From an uncultured Pseudomonadota bacterium (lineage in GTDB: Bacteria; Pseudomonadota; Alphaproteobacteria; Rs-D84), in the NCBI GenBank assembly GCA_902762295.1, contig CACWNX010000001.1, positions 532,094 to 596,093 of the forward strand: 64,000 nucleotides of DNA. Reading direction: 5' to 3'. The number at the start of each line of letters is the position of its first letter. Position 1 is the stretch's first letter. Below, one piece after another: positions 39,446 to 49,293 of the stretch. Both the position numbers and the translations under genes were made by a program. Below the pieces are notes generated by a model that did not search any database, was not told the DNA's origin, and saw nothing but the letters and a program-made list of their open reading frames with translations.

Positions 39446-39778
39446 ATGAAAAAAATGCTTGGTGTGTTTGGTGTGTGTGGCGCATTGTTCTGCGCGGGTT
39501 GTGATGCGGGTGATGTGACCGCACAAAACGGTGATACGGTTGTGATTGATTTCGCAGGTTTCTTGGACGGTGTTCAATTTGAAGGTGGTACCGCGTCGTC
39601 ATATCCGTTGGTTTTGGGCAGTGGTCAATTTGTCCCGGGCTTTGAAGAACAATTGGTCGGTGCCAAGAAAGGTGAAGAACGCGATGTTAATATCACATTT
39701 CCACAACAATATGTTCCAAACCTTGCCGGTAAAGATGTTGTGTTCAAAGTTAAAATTGTTGATATCAAAAAGAAATAA
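39446..39778 (+). CDS. FKBP-type peptidyl-prolyl cis-trans isomerase (short form, with a lipoprotein-like signal).
   Basis: [20 protein letters not shown]...[17 protein letters not shown] matches the FKBP domain pattern. N-terminal signal peptide with Cys. Confidence 0.65.
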   Translation: MKKMLGVFGVCGALFCAGCDAGDVTAQNGDTVVIDFAGFLDGVQFEGGTASSYPLVLGSGQFVPGFEEQLVGAKKGEERDVNITFPQQYVPNLAGKDVVFKVKIVDIKKK

Positions 39779-39794
39779 TTTTGAATCTGTTGAA

Positions 39795-39822
39795 AAAACC
39801 GCCCGTTTGGGCGGTTTTTTAT
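39795..39822 (+). terminator. Rho-independent terminator (possibly bidirectional).
   Basis: AACCGCCCGTTTGGGCGGTT hairpin flanked by an A-run and a T-run. Confidence 0.7.
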
Positions 39823-39830
39823 TTAATAAA

Positions 39831-40655
39831 TTATTCATCAATTGCCATAATAAATATACCGCGTTTGTTTGCGGTTTCGATTACCGTATCCTTGTGCACA
39901 ACAAAGCATGTTTTTGTGTTTACCACAATCCCGTTCAGTTTTGCGTCTGCAACGGCGTTTACCGTATCAACACCAATTGCAGGTATATCAATGCATAAAT
40001 CTTGACCAGGTTTTGTCATTTTTGCAAATACACCACCAATTTTTTTATGGCCTTTACGCATTTTAACAACGCGTTCCAGCATGCGGGCAGTGCCTTCGGC
40101 GGCCTCTACCGCGATAACCTGTTTATCAACAACAACCGATGCGCCAATGTCCGCCGCCCCAATAACATGAGAAACATCAATCGCGCGTTCAATATTTTTT
40201 TTGTCTGCCGCCGTTGGTTTCTTGCGTGTTAATATTCCGGCGTGTTCAAATGTCAGTTCTGGTGCCAAATCTTGGGCCGCGACGACATTAAACCCGGCAT
40301 TTTTCATAATGTTTTTTAATGCAACCGCCATAGAATCATACCCCCGTTGATTTTTTAATATCTTAAACAGGGCGAACAGTGTCCATAAATCCGGTCGCAA
40401 ATCCGATAGATTCGGATGCCCAATCGCCCCAACAAATGTCACGTTTTTTATTCCCATGCGTCGCGCCGTTCGTACCGCCACACCGCCCCCGCCAATACGG
40501 ATAACCATATCAGGATTCAAACGCGAATCATAAAAATTCTTTAATCCAATAACAAAAACATCCCAACCACGCGCGCGCAACGCATCACGCACCAGAAACG
40601 GTAAATCCAGTGCGCCGGCGACGATTGCAATCTTTTTGTCTGATTTTTTAACCAT
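39831..40655 (-). CDS. LpxI-like (DUF1009) protein, candidate UDP-2,3-diacylglucosamine hydrolase.
   Basis: N-terminus KKIAIVAGALDLP. Family-like size (274 aa) and pattern. Recalled from memory only. Confidence 0.45.
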   Translation of the reverse strand: MVKKSDKKIAIVAGALDLPFLVRDALRARGWDVFVIGLKNFYDSRLNPDMVIRIGGGGVAVRTARRMGIKNVTFVGAIGHPNLSDLRPDLWTLFALFKILKNQRGYDSMAVALKNIMKNAGFNVVAAQDLAPELTFEHAGILTRKKPTAADKKNIERAIDVSHVIGAADIGASVVVDKQVIAVEAAEGTARMLERVVKMRKGHKKIGGVFAKMTKPGQDLCIDIPAIGVDTVNAVADAKLNGIVVNTKTCFVVHKDTVIETANKRGIFIMAIDE

Positions 40656-40755
40656 GTTTTTATGTTAGGCGCAAAACGTCTATGAATCAAGTTATAATAT
40701 TTGCGTGTGTGTTATAAACGGTTTATAATGTTGGTAAAATAAAAGTGGTGAATTT

Positions 40756-41679
40756 ATGCAGACTTGTCCGTTTTTTGGAATTTGTGGTGGTTGTAAATAT
40801 GATTTTACTGCCCCGGATTACCGTGAACAAAAGTTGAATTTGTTGGCGGATTGGGACCTGTTTGGCAAAATTTTTTGGACGCAATCTGGTTGCCGTCGCC
40901 GGGCAGATTTTTGTTTCGGCGATGGAAAATTTGGTTTTTTTGAACGCGGAACTAAAAATATTGTCCCGGTGAAATATTGTCCAAATCTTGCACCAGAGAT
41001 AAATGCGGTATTGACCAAATTGTCGCGTTTCCCGTGGAATGGTACGGGTTCGGCATTGGTGACATTATGTGAAAACGGCTTGGATTTAGCGGTAAATTCC
41101 GATGTCCCATATTTTTCGCGCGAATTTAAATCTGTGGCGGAGAAATCCGATTTTATACGCGTTTCATGGAATGGTGCAATAGTTTGTCAATCTGATACAC
41201 CGCGTGTGCGATTCGGTGATACGATTACTGAATACCCTGTTGGGGCGTTTCTGCAACCAACGGTGGAAAGTGAAAGCATAATGCGCGATTTTGTTGTCAA
41301 ACACGTCATGGACGCACGACATATCGCAGATTTATTCTGCGGAATTGGTAATTTCACATTCGCATTAAATGCAGATGGTTTTGATATAGTTGGACCGTTT
41401 AATCGGCGTGATTTATTCAAAAAACCGATGACTGCAAAAATGTTGAATAATTACGATGCTGTGGTGCTGGATCCACCTCGTGCCGGCGCAGAATCTCAGT
41501 GTCGTGAAATTGCGAAATCAAATGTGTCGCGTGTAATTTATGTTTCTTGTAATCCGGCAACCTTGCAACGCGATTCGCAAATTATGATACGCGCAGGGTA
41601 CAGAATTATTGATGTTATGGCATTTGACCAGTTTGTTGGCACACCACATTGGGAAATTGCGGCTGTGTTTAAGAAATAA
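40756..41679 (+). CDS. RNA (uracil-5-)-methyltransferase, RumA/TrmA family.
   Basis: N-terminal Fe-S Cys cluster CPFFGICGGCKY. SAM motifs (DLFCGIGNF, VLDPPRAG). Confidence 0.7.
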   Translation: MQTCPFFGICGGCKYDFTAPDYREQKLNLLADWDLFGKIFWTQSGCRRRADFCFGDGKFGFFERGTKNIVPVKYCPNLAPEINAVLTKLSRFPWNGTGSALVTLCENGLDLAVNSDVPYFSREFKSVAEKSDFIRVSWNGAIVCQSDTPRVRFGDTITEYPVGAFLQPTVESESIMRDFVVKHVMDARHIADLFCGIGNFTFALNADGFDIVGPFNRRDLFKKPMTAKMLNNYDAVVLDPPRAGAESQCREIAKSNVSRVIYVSCNPATLQRDSQIMIRAGYRIIDVMAFDQFVGTPHWEIAAVFKK

Positions 41680-41726
41680 TCATTCTGTTATAAAAAACTA
41701 CCGCCGTTTCCGGCGGTATTTTCGAA

Positions 41727-41900
41727 TGCCCTGAAAGGAAGGAAAGGAGAAAAAGAAATGGGCATTCAAAACTCTGTGTGGGGTCCAAAGTCCAGAGGAG
41801 AGAGAATGTAGGAGGGAGTCTGGAACCTCTGGACCCCGTGGACATTTAAGTGTCCTGTCATCGGGTTTTACCCCTTTGACGAATCGAAATATAATACAAT
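41727..41900 (+). ncRNA. Candidate structured RNA element.
   Basis: Perfect 9-bp stem GAATGCCC/GGGCATTC enclosing a purine-rich loop. Then nested pairings GGGGTCCAAAGTCCAGAGG...CCTCTGGACCCC and GGACATTTAAGTGTCC. Lies in the intergenic space after a terminator at 41690-41726. Confidence 0.25.
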
Positions 41901-42042
41901 AAAAACGGTTTGTCAAGTGTTTTTGTCAAAAATTTTTTTAGTCAAACTAAAACCCTTGTTTTCCTAGGAAATACAGCCACTTGTTAGGTTTTTGCGTTGG
42001 GGTTAAAATATCTGTATGTTCAACAATAACCAGGGGGAAAAT

Positions 42043-42291
42043 ATGACACATGACGATATTTGGCGCGCAATAGAAAAATTTGCTACCCAACATGGTATGT
42101 CCTGTTCTGGACTGGCGCGGTGCAGTGGTTTAGATCCAACGACGTTTAATAAAAGTAAACGTTGGACCAAAGAAGGGCAACCCCGTTGGCCCTCGACCAA
42201 CAGTATTTCTAAAATTTTGTCTTCTACGGGTTCGTCTATTCAAGATTTTACAAATCTGATTGATAACCCTAACCGCGAGCATACAAATTAG
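42043..42291 (+). CDS. Small HTH (XRE-like) transcriptional regulator.
   Basis: GGGGG RBS. HTH pattern WRAIEKFATQHGMSCSGLARCSGLDPTTFNKSKR. Confidence 0.45.
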   Translation: MTHDDIWRAIEKFATQHGMSCSGLARCSGLDPTTFNKSKRWTKEGQPRWPSTNSISKILSSTGSSIQDFTNLIDNPNREHTN

Positions 42292-42353
42292 TACTTTACT
42301 TATAATAATCTCTTACAGCCGCCCGGTATCTGCCGATATCGGGATATTTTTTA

Positions 42354-42809
42354 TTGGACACAGTGATTTCAATAAGTTATCCTTTCTATATGTTATCTGG
42401 AATACGGATTTTTTCAGACGATAAATATTGGAATCAAATTCTGTCGGATTTCAATGCGACATTGGTGACGAACCCGTCAATGGCGGACGTTAAACTGGAT
42501 GATTTAAAATTAAATTTGCCTGTATCGCCGATGGATTTAAAAACAACAATTATTGCGGCATTGGACAATACGAAAATTTTAAATGCCGTGTTTGGACGAC
42601 CGGTGCAACTGTCAGATACACAAACCCAGATAGTTGTTCGTCTGTATAAAAACGGCGCGATGACATCTGATGATTTAAAGATGGCGATGGGGTATGCGTC
42701 GAATGCAAATACTCATGCGGTTGAAACGGCGATATACGGGCTGCGTAAGTTGTTTGGACATGAATTTATAAAAAACGATAATGGGGTATTTTCGCTTGGC
42801 GGGATATAA
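42354..42809 (+). CDS. OmpR/PhoB-type winged-helix DNA-binding protein with no recognisable receiver domain.
   Basis: C-terminal LSDTQTQIVVRLYKNGAMTSDDLKMAMG...THAVETAIYGLRKLFG matches the OmpR-family trans-regulatory domain. Confidence 0.45.
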   Translation: MDTVISISYPFYMLSGIRIFSDDKYWNQILSDFNATLVTNPSMADVKLDDLKLNLPVSPMDLKTTIIAALDNTKILNAVFGRPVQLSDTQTQIVVRLYKNGAMTSDDLKMAMGYASNANTHAVETAIYGLRKLFGHEFIKNDNGVFSLGGI

Positions 42810-43461
42810 AGTTATTTCTTTTGATAAAATATCCAGTACACAAGATTATGCACACGATATGATTGCGCGTGGTGACGCGTCGGATCATACGGTTGTTGTT
42901 GCAAATGCCCAATATGCCGGCCGTGGGCGATATCGTCGTAAATGGGTCTCGCATCATGGTAATTTGTATGCCAGTTTTGTATTTCTGTCGCCGGAACGTG
43001 ATCCGCGGTTATCCTATGCGGTGGCCGTTGCGATTGTTGATACGATAATGTCATTTGGAATAAATTCGCAAATCAAATGGCCAAATGATATTTTAATCGA
43101 TGGTAAAAAGGTCGCAGGTACCCTGATTGAATATGCCGGGCGATTCGTTATTGTCGGAATTGGCATAAATGTTGGAACAAACCCAACAGTGCCAGAATAT
43201 CAAACCACAAAATTATTAAACTATGCGAATGTTGATTTAAAAGAATTATTTGCGCGATTGGCAAAAAATTTAGATAAATGGTTGTGCGCAGAATTCGATT
43301 CGGTGCGACGTTTCTGGATGGAAACGGCGGTGGGATTAAATAGATTAGTAAAGTATCGGGGTGAAATGGTTGAAATGATTGGGATAAATGACAATGGGGC
43401 ATTGGTGGTTCGACGCGCAACCGAATATTTTTTAATTCATGGTGATGAAGTTTTGATATGA
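42781..43461 (+). CDS. birA: Biotin--protein ligase (group I BirA, no HTH).
   Basis: GRGRYRRKW motif and KWPNDIL. Confidence 0.8.
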   Translation: MGYFRLAGYKVISFDKISSTQDYAHDMIARGDASDHTVVVANAQYAGRGRYRRKWVSHHGNLYASFVFLSPERDPRLSYAVAVAIVDTIMSFGINSQIKWPNDILIDGKKVAGTLIEYAGRFVIVGIGINVGTNPTVPEYQTTKLLNYANVDLKELFARLAKNLDKWLCAEFDSVRRFWMETAVGLNRLVKYRGEMVEMIGINDNGALVVRRATEYFLIHGDEVLI

Positions 43462-43631
43462 TGGATTGCCAAGAAAGCCAAGGTTATTTATAAAGTTCTT
43501 GACTTTTAGTTTGTTTTGTGATATCATAGTTGCTGTCAAAAGAAGAAATTGTGTTCACACATTTGTGTGAATTTTTTTATGCCGCATTTTTACGCGGCAT
43601 TTTTTTATTCATCACGGGGGGACGTTTTATC

Positions 43632-44042
43632 ATGGAATTCAAAGTGATAGAAATACAAAACGAATCGATGGCTTTGGCATATGCGATTGCGCGTGTTGTG
43701 TATGCAGAAACATTGGCAAAATCTTTGCGTGTTGTAGAGGCACTAACATCGATGATTTCAAATATTGTACGATGCGATAATCGCAATATCAAAGATGTAA
43801 TATCTGATAAAACATTATTTGAATCATTAAACAGCGAATCGAATCGTCATAAATTTTTGTCGGTTGATGCGTCGCGTCGTGATTTTCAAATGTGTGTTCG
43901 TGTTGCGCAAACCATGCAGCACGGGTGTTTGCCAGATATGTGTAACCATGCAACACGGTTTCATCGTGATGAATTATTGCCTGAATGGGCGCTTGCGCGG
44001 GGGTATGTTGCCGATATTGATGGAATTTTATTTTATGCGTAA
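43632..44042 (+). CDS. SleB/CwlJ-like cell-wall hydrolase (Hydrolase_2 family).
   Basis: C-terminal pattern ATRFHRDELLPEWALARGYVADIDGILFY, plus N-terminal AIARVVYAE. Confidence 0.5.
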   Translation: MEFKVIEIQNESMALAYAIARVVYAETLAKSLRVVEALTSMISNIVRCDNRNIKDVISDKTLFESLNSESNRHKFLSVDASRRDFQMCVRVAQTMQHGCLPDMCNHATRFHRDELLPEWALARGYVADIDGILFYA

Positions 44043-44054
44043 ATGGATTTTTAA

Positions 44055-44243
44055 ATGAATAAATTTATTCGTGGTGGATTTTTTGCAAATCGCAAAACAC
44101 AAATTATGACGGTGGTTGGAATTATATCTGCCGTTTGTGCATATTTAGTCGGCGATTCGGATTTGTTTGCTGTAATCCAGGCAATTATTGCGGTTTGCGC
44201 GGTTTATGTGTTGGATAAATCAAAACAAAACAAAGGAAAATGA
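44055..44243 (+). CDS. Small membrane protein (62 aa).
   Basis: One TM (IMTVVGIISAVCAYLV). Overlaps the next gene by ATGA-like coupling. Confidence 0.35.
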   Translation: MNKFIRGGFFANRKTQIMTVVGIISAVCAYLVGDSDLFAVIQAIIAVCAVYVLDKSKQNKGK

Positions 44244-44244
44244 A

Positions 44245-44901
44245 ATGGAAAATGTCCCAGAAAAATTTTTAAACAAAGATGGTTCACTTAATGAAGATGC
44301 GTTATTGAAATCATATAACGAATTGGAAAAAAAGATTGGAAATATGGTATCAATTCCAACATCCGATTCTGATGAAGTCGCGCAACGCCGCTTTTTTCGG
44401 GCGATTGGTGTCCCAGAAAGTTCTGATGAATACCCACATAATGAACTTTTTGATGATGAAAATGTCAGGTCAGAATTTCATAAAATCGGATTAACAAACA
44501 ATCAAGTTGAAAAAATTTATAACATCGCCGAAGAATATTTGTCGCCGGTATTATCAGAAATTTTTTCTGCACAACAAGAATCAAATGCAATATCTGAATT
44601 AAAAAAATTTTTCGGGTCTGATGAAAAAATGTACAATGCTTTAATTGAAATTAAATCGTTCGGTGAACGTTTTTTACCAATCGATGCATTCAACGAACTG
44701 TGCGCCAGCGCCCAGGGAATTCAAGGTGTCTATAAGATGATGCAAACAATGGAACCACATGTTGAAACATCGAATGGCGATACAAAAAATTTAACCGATG
44801 ATGATTTACGACGAATGATGCGTGATCCAAAATATTGGCGTGATCATGATGCGGAATATATTCGCAAAATTGAAAACGGATTTAAAAAATTGTATTCATA
44901 A
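44245..44901 (+). CDS. Phage scaffolding-like protein (podovirus gp9-like).
   Basis: Acidic helical protein directly upstream of the capsid gene. The C-terminus RRMMRDPKYWRDHDAEYIRK resembles the remembered T7 gp9 tail. Inference only. Confidence 0.45.
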   Translation: MENVPEKFLNKDGSLNEDALLKSYNELEKKIGNMVSIPTSDSDEVAQRRFFRAIGVPESSDEYPHNELFDDENVRSEFHKIGLTNNQVEKIYNIAEEYLSPVLSEIFSAQQESNAISELKKFFGSDEKMYNALIEIKSFGERFLPIDAFNELCASAQGIQGVYKMMQTMEPHVETSNGDTKNLTDDDLRRMMRDPKYWRDHDAEYIRKIENGFKKLYS

Positions 44902-45018
44902 TGAAAAATTTTTCATAAAAATTTACTTTTCTTCTTTACTATTTTTTTTCTTTAATATAAAATAATAATCAAGAACAAAAGAATTTGTTCTAACCAAAAA
45001 AATACAAAGGAGAGAAGA

Positions 45019-45309
45019 ATGGCATTCACATTCTTGAAAACTGCGGCAAAGAAACCAGCTGCAAAAAAACCGGCGGCCAAGAAACCGGCTGCTAAGAAAC
45101 CTGCTGTAAAGAAAGCGGCTGCGAAAAAACCAGCGGCAAAGAAAGTTGCAGCAAAAAAACCGGCTGCAAAGAAAGTTGCAGCAAAAAAACCGGTTGCAAA
45201 AAAAGTTGCAGTGAAGAAAGTTGCGGCGAAAAAACCGGTTGCAAAAAAAGTTGCGGCAAAAAAACCGGCTGCAAAAAAGCCATGTGCAAAATGTGCAAAA
45301 AGAAAATAA
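45019..45309 (+). CDS. Lys/Ala-rich histone H1/Hc1-like DNA-binding protein (AKKPAAKK repeats).
   Basis: ~18 tandem KKPAA/KKVAA repeats. Cys pair CAKCAKRK at the C-terminus. Confidence 0.6.
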   Translation: MAFTFLKTAAKKPAAKKPAAKKPAAKKPAVKKAAAKKPAAKKVAAKKPAAKKVAAKKPVAKKVAVKKVAAKKPVAKKVAAKKPAAKKPCAKCAKRK

Positions 45310-45536
45310 TCTTGTTTGCAAAATCTGATTAAATGCCCGCATTGCGGGCATTTATCGTTTATAAAAATTTTCAGTCGGATTGTGTATCTGACTGAATTTT
45401 TTTATCTTTGGATAATCCAATTATTTGGACCCAGTTGAATTTATTAATGGCGCTAAACGGCATAACCAAAAATAAATTTTTGGTGGACGAAATATTATTC
45501 GTCCTTTGTTTTAATTTTTTAACAAAAGGAATAATT

Positions 45537-46352
45537 ATGTCTGTTTCCATAGATCAAGCATTTGTGAAACAATTTGAAGCAGATGTCCATCTTGCGTACC
45601 AGCAAATGGGCACAAAACTGCGTTCAACGATTCGCAGTAAATCGGGTGTTGTTGGTGCAACCACAACATTTCAAAAAATTGGTAAAGGCACCGCCAGTAC
45701 AAAGTCACGTCATGGTATTGTGCCGGTAATGAATCTGAATCATACACCGGTGGAATGCACACTGCAAGATTACTATGCAGGCGATTGGGTTGATGCATTG
45801 GACGAATTAAAAATCAATGTTGATGAACGTCGCGTTGTTGCATCCGCGGGTGCATACGCACTGGGGCGCAAGACCGATGAACTGATTATCGCCGCGATGA
45901 ATCAAACAACCCAAAATGTCGGAGATTATTCAACAGGATTGACCAAAGCATTGATTTTAAGCGCATTGGAAAAATTGAATGAAAACGATGTCCCAGATGA
46001 TGGCCGCAGATTTGCAGTTGTTGGTGTACACCAGTGGAATGAACTGTTGGGTATCGCAGAATTTTCATCGGCAGATTATGTCGGTTCTGATTTACCGTTC
46101 ATCACGGGTGGCGAAGGCAAACGATGGTTAGGTATCACATGGTTGTTGCATAACGGATTACCGGTTTCGTCTGATAATCGTGATTGCTTTATTTATCATG
46201 CATCCAGTATTGGACATGCGTGTGGCCAGGAGGTTAAAACCGATATCACATGGCATGGTGAACGTGCCGCGCACTTTATCAGCAACAGTATGTCCCAAGG
46301 GGCGGTTCTGATAGATAACGACGGTATTGTACGTGTTAAATGTGGCGAATAA
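45537..46352 (+). CDS. Phage major capsid protein (T7 gp10-like).
   Basis: AAAGGAATAATT RBS. Patterns KSRHGIVPVMNLNHTP and a C-terminal ...GIVRVKCGE resemble T7 gp10. Position between scaffold and tail-tube genes. Confidence 0.55.
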   Translation: MSVSIDQAFVKQFEADVHLAYQQMGTKLRSTIRSKSGVVGATTTFQKIGKGTASTKSRHGIVPVMNLNHTPVECTLQDYYAGDWVDALDELKINVDERRVVASAGAYALGRKTDELIIAAMNQTTQNVGDYSTGLTKALILSALEKLNENDVPDDGRRFAVVGVHQWNELLGIAEFSSADYVGSDLPFITGGEGKRWLGITWLLHNGLPVSSDNRDCFIYHASSIGHACGQEVKTDITWHGERAAHFISNSMSQGAVLIDNDGIVRVKCGE

Positions 46353-46375
46353 CTCACTAATAACGGGGGTAAAAA

Positions 46376-46606
46376 ATGGCTTTTCAGAATAAAAATTTAT
46401 CGGTAATTGCGTATGCAAACGGATTCACATTGTGGCACTATGTTGCAAATGAAACATTGGCAACAATCATTGCCAGTGGCTATTTTAACATGGTTAAAAC
46501 TTTGATGAATTCAGGTGATATCGTAATCATTAACGCATCAGATAAAACATCAATTAAAAAAATTGTAGTCGGCGATAGCGCGGTAACAACCGGAGCGTTA
46601 GATTAA
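46376..46606 (+). CDS. Hypothetical phage structural protein (76 aa).
   Basis: Follows the capsid gene behind a GGGGG RBS. A terminator hairpin AGGGCCGGATTTTCCGGCCC follows at 46629-46650. Confidence 0.4.
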   Translation: MAFQNKNLSVIAYANGFTLWHYVANETLATIIASGYFNMVKTLMNSGDIVIINASDKTSIKKIVVGDSAVTTGALD

Positions 46607-46682
46607 TAACGATATTAGTTCATAACTTACAGGGCCGGATTTTCCGGCCCAAATTTTAATGTTAGATAACAAAGGTAAAAAA

Positions 46683-47201
46683 ATGCTGACGAAAATAGAT
46701 TTATGTTCAATGGCGTTGTTGAAACTTGGTGAAAACCCAATTCAGTCATTATCGGATGATACCGCCGCGGCGAAACTTGGACGCACATTGATTGATTTTG
46801 TAATAGATACATTATTATCATCGCATCCATGGCGTTTTGCGTGCCGTACATATAATTTAACAAAAGATGAAAACGGTGATTTTAATATTCCGTCCGATGT
46901 ATTGCGTATACTAAAAACCAATGGGCGCATAATGGAAAATCGCGTGGTTTCTGATTCAGATAACATCACAATAACTGCAATTGTGCGTATCGCACCAAAT
47001 GAATTTCCAAGTTATTTTGCATCATTGGTTGCAACAAAACTTGCATCAGAATTTTGTATGCCGTTGATATCAGATACGGCGGTTTTTCGGACATTGGTCG
47101 CACTTTATGAAACAGAATTACAAACCGCAAAATTCATAGACAGCACTACATCGGTCAACCCGGCAATAGAAAACTTTTCTTTGATAGACAGCAGATTTTA
47201 A
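46683..47201 (+). CDS. Tail tubular protein A (T7 gp11-like, gatekeeper).
   Basis: IDLCSMALLKLGENPIQSLSDDTAAAKLGRTLIDFVIDTLLSSHPWRFA parallels the T7 gp11 N-terminus (ILASIGEPPVSTLEGD...ILNKINRQIQSRGWTF). Confidence 0.55.
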   Translation: MLTKIDLCSMALLKLGENPIQSLSDDTAAAKLGRTLIDFVIDTLLSSHPWRFACRTYNLTKDENGDFNIPSDVLRILKTNGRIMENRVVSDSDNITITAIVRIAPNEFPSYFASLVATKLASEFCMPLISDTAVFRTLVALYETELQTAKFIDSTTSVNPAIENFSLIDSRF

Positions 47202-47219
47202 TATCCAAAGGAACTTAAC

Positions 47220-48926
47220 ATGGTGAATTTTATAAAAACACAAACATCATTTGCAAATGGCGAAGTAGCCCCAAACTTTTTTGCAAATTCCGACATTCAT
47301 GGGCTTGCGCGAATGGAAAATATGGATGTTATATCGGGCGGTGGTTTGACCCGTCGTGCAGGATTGAAAAAAATCGCAAAATTATCTGGACCGGCGCGGT
47401 TAATTCCATTTTCTGTATCAGAAACAGAAAATTATACATTAGCAATTATGAACGGTGTTATGCGTATATTCGCAGGCGATACAATCGTCCAAGATATGTT
47501 TGTCCCGTGGTCATATACAGATACAGAATTGCTACAATATTCGCAGAGATTCGGGACAATGATATTTGTTCACCCAAATCATAGACCAAGAATATTATCA
47601 TGCGTAAATGGTGAATTTGACATAAAAAATTTTATTTTCGCATCTTCGGATGATAACGGAAAATATTATATACCGTATATGCGGTTTGAAGATTCAGAAA
47701 ATATAAATATTACAGTCACGTATGATAATGGAAATATTCATTTTATAACCGGTGTTGATTTCTGGACACCGGATAATGTCGGTGGTTATTTATCATTATT
47801 AAATAACAGTTGGCTGGTCACATCATATATTGGACCACGTGATATTATCGCAACAACCAATGGAACATATCTTTTGCCAAATAATCCAATATCAGATTGG
47901 CAAGAGGCCGCGTTCAGCCCACGACGCGGATGGCCGACCAGTATAACATTTCATCAAAACCGACTTGTGTTTGGTGGTTCAAAATCATGGCCAGGTGGTG
48001 TTTGGATGTCACGTGTCGGCGACCATAAAAATTTTGACATCGGTACGGGGCTTGATGACGAAGCAATATACTTTACGTTGTTGTCTGGCAAGCGCCAGCA
48101 TATATGCACGCTGATTAGCAGTGATAATTTGCAAATATTTACATCCGAAGGCGAATGGGCAGTATCAAATAAACCATTAACGCCAGAGTCAGTAGATATA
48201 AAAATGCATACCGCGATTGGCTGCGTCGCCGACCGATATTTGCCACCGCAAATTATGGAGGGAACAACAGTTTTTGTACCCAACAATAAAAAAGATATCA
48301 GAGAACTGGTTCTTGATGATCTTAGTAAAAATTACAATGCAAATAATTTATCGGCATTATCGGAACATTTGATAAATAATCCGATAGATATCGCGTACAA
48401 CAAAAACACCAAAAAATTATTTGTTGTTATGTCAGACGGTAATATGGCGGTATTAAATTGGAATTCAATACTAGAAATTGCGGCATGGGGGCGATACACA
48501 ACAACCGGTAAATTTAAATCTGTGGTGGCATCGGGTGGTGACACTTTTGTTGTGACTGAACGTGGTTCGCAATATTTCCTGGAACGATTTGATGACAACA
48601 CAATGATAGATGCAGGTGAATATCCCTATACAGTTTGTGCACGGGGTTTGCCGTTAATGTCATCAGGTCACAACGCAAAAAACACACGGATTACAAAAAT
48701 TACCGCGCGTGTGCATGATTCCAAGACATTATTTATAAATAATTATCGGGCAGAATTTCCAAATGAAATTTATTCAAATGATTCATCCGGATTTTCTGGG
48801 GACATATCGGTTAATGTACTTGGAACAATCCATGATATGGTTGATGCGCCGTGGGAGATATCAACCTCTGATGCGTTGCCATTGACCGTTTTATCAATCA
48901 CAACATATGGCAGATATCAAATTTAA
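47220..48926 (+). CDS. Tail tubular protein B-like (T7 gp12-like nozzle), shortened.
   Basis: Position after gp11-like. The N-terminal pattern resembles gp12. 568 aa. Confidence 0.45.
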   Translation: MVNFIKTQTSFANGEVAPNFFANSDIHGLARMENMDVISGGGLTRRAGLKKIAKLSGPARLIPFSVSETENYTLAIMNGVMRIFAGDTIVQDMFVPWSYTDTELLQYSQRFGTMIFVHPNHRPRILSCVNGEFDIKNFIFASSDDNGKYYIPYMRFEDSENINITVTYDNGNIHFITGVDFWTPDNVGGYLSLLNNSWLVTSYIGPRDIIATTNGTYLLPNNPISDWQEAAFSPRRGWPTSITFHQNRLVFGGSKSWPGGVWMSRVGDHKNFDIGTGLDDEAIYFTLLSGKRQHICTLISSDNLQIFTSEGEWAVSNKPLTPESVDIKMHTAIGCVADRYLPPQIMEGTTVFVPNNKKDIRELVLDDLSKNYNANNLSALSEHLINNPIDIAYNKNTKKLFVVMSDGNMAVLNWNSILEIAAWGRYTTTGKFKSVVASGGDTFVVTERGSQYFLERFDDNTMIDAGEYPYTVCARGLPLMSSGHNAKNTRITKITARVHDSKTLFINNYRAEFPNEIYSNDSSGFSGDISVNVLGTIHDMVDAPWEISTSDALPLTVLSITTYGRYQI

Positions 48927-48944
48927 TAACTAAAAGGATAAAAA

Positions 48945-49292
48945 ATGGGTCAAATACTTTCAGATGTTAAAGATATATTAAACTATAAAGACATTAAGCA
49001 AGAAGCAAAAACATCCAAAAATAAAATTCTTGAACAGATTTCAAAAGACGATGCCGAAAAAGAGAATCTGATAAAAAAACTTTTGGCATCACAACGTGCT
49101 AAATATGGCGCATCGGGCATGTCGCCAAAAGGATTAACCGAAAAGGCAGTGCTAGAACGTATAAAAGATGAAACCGAAAAACCATATGAAACAAAACGTC
49201 AGACGAATTTGAATAAATTAAAAAATATCAAAACCAAGAAAAAAAATTTATTGGTGTCTGTATTGGAACACATGGACGACTTGATTAAGTAA
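48945..49292 (+). CDS. Hypothetical protein (115 aa, charged, helical); possible small terminase.
   Basis: Immediately precedes the terminase ATPase ORF. Confidence 0.35.
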   Translation: MGQILSDVKDILNYKDIKQEAKTSKNKILEQISKDDAEKENLIKKLLASQRAKYGASGMSPKGLTEKAVLERIKDETEKPYETKRQTNLNKLKNIKTKKKNLLVSVLEHMDDLIK

Positions 49293-49293
49293 T

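Noticed and set aside
41757-41810. 17-aa ORF (MGIQNSVWGPKSRGERM) behind the purine-rich stretch
   Set aside because: Too short, and embedded in strong secondary structure. It is more likely part of a structured RNA or leader.
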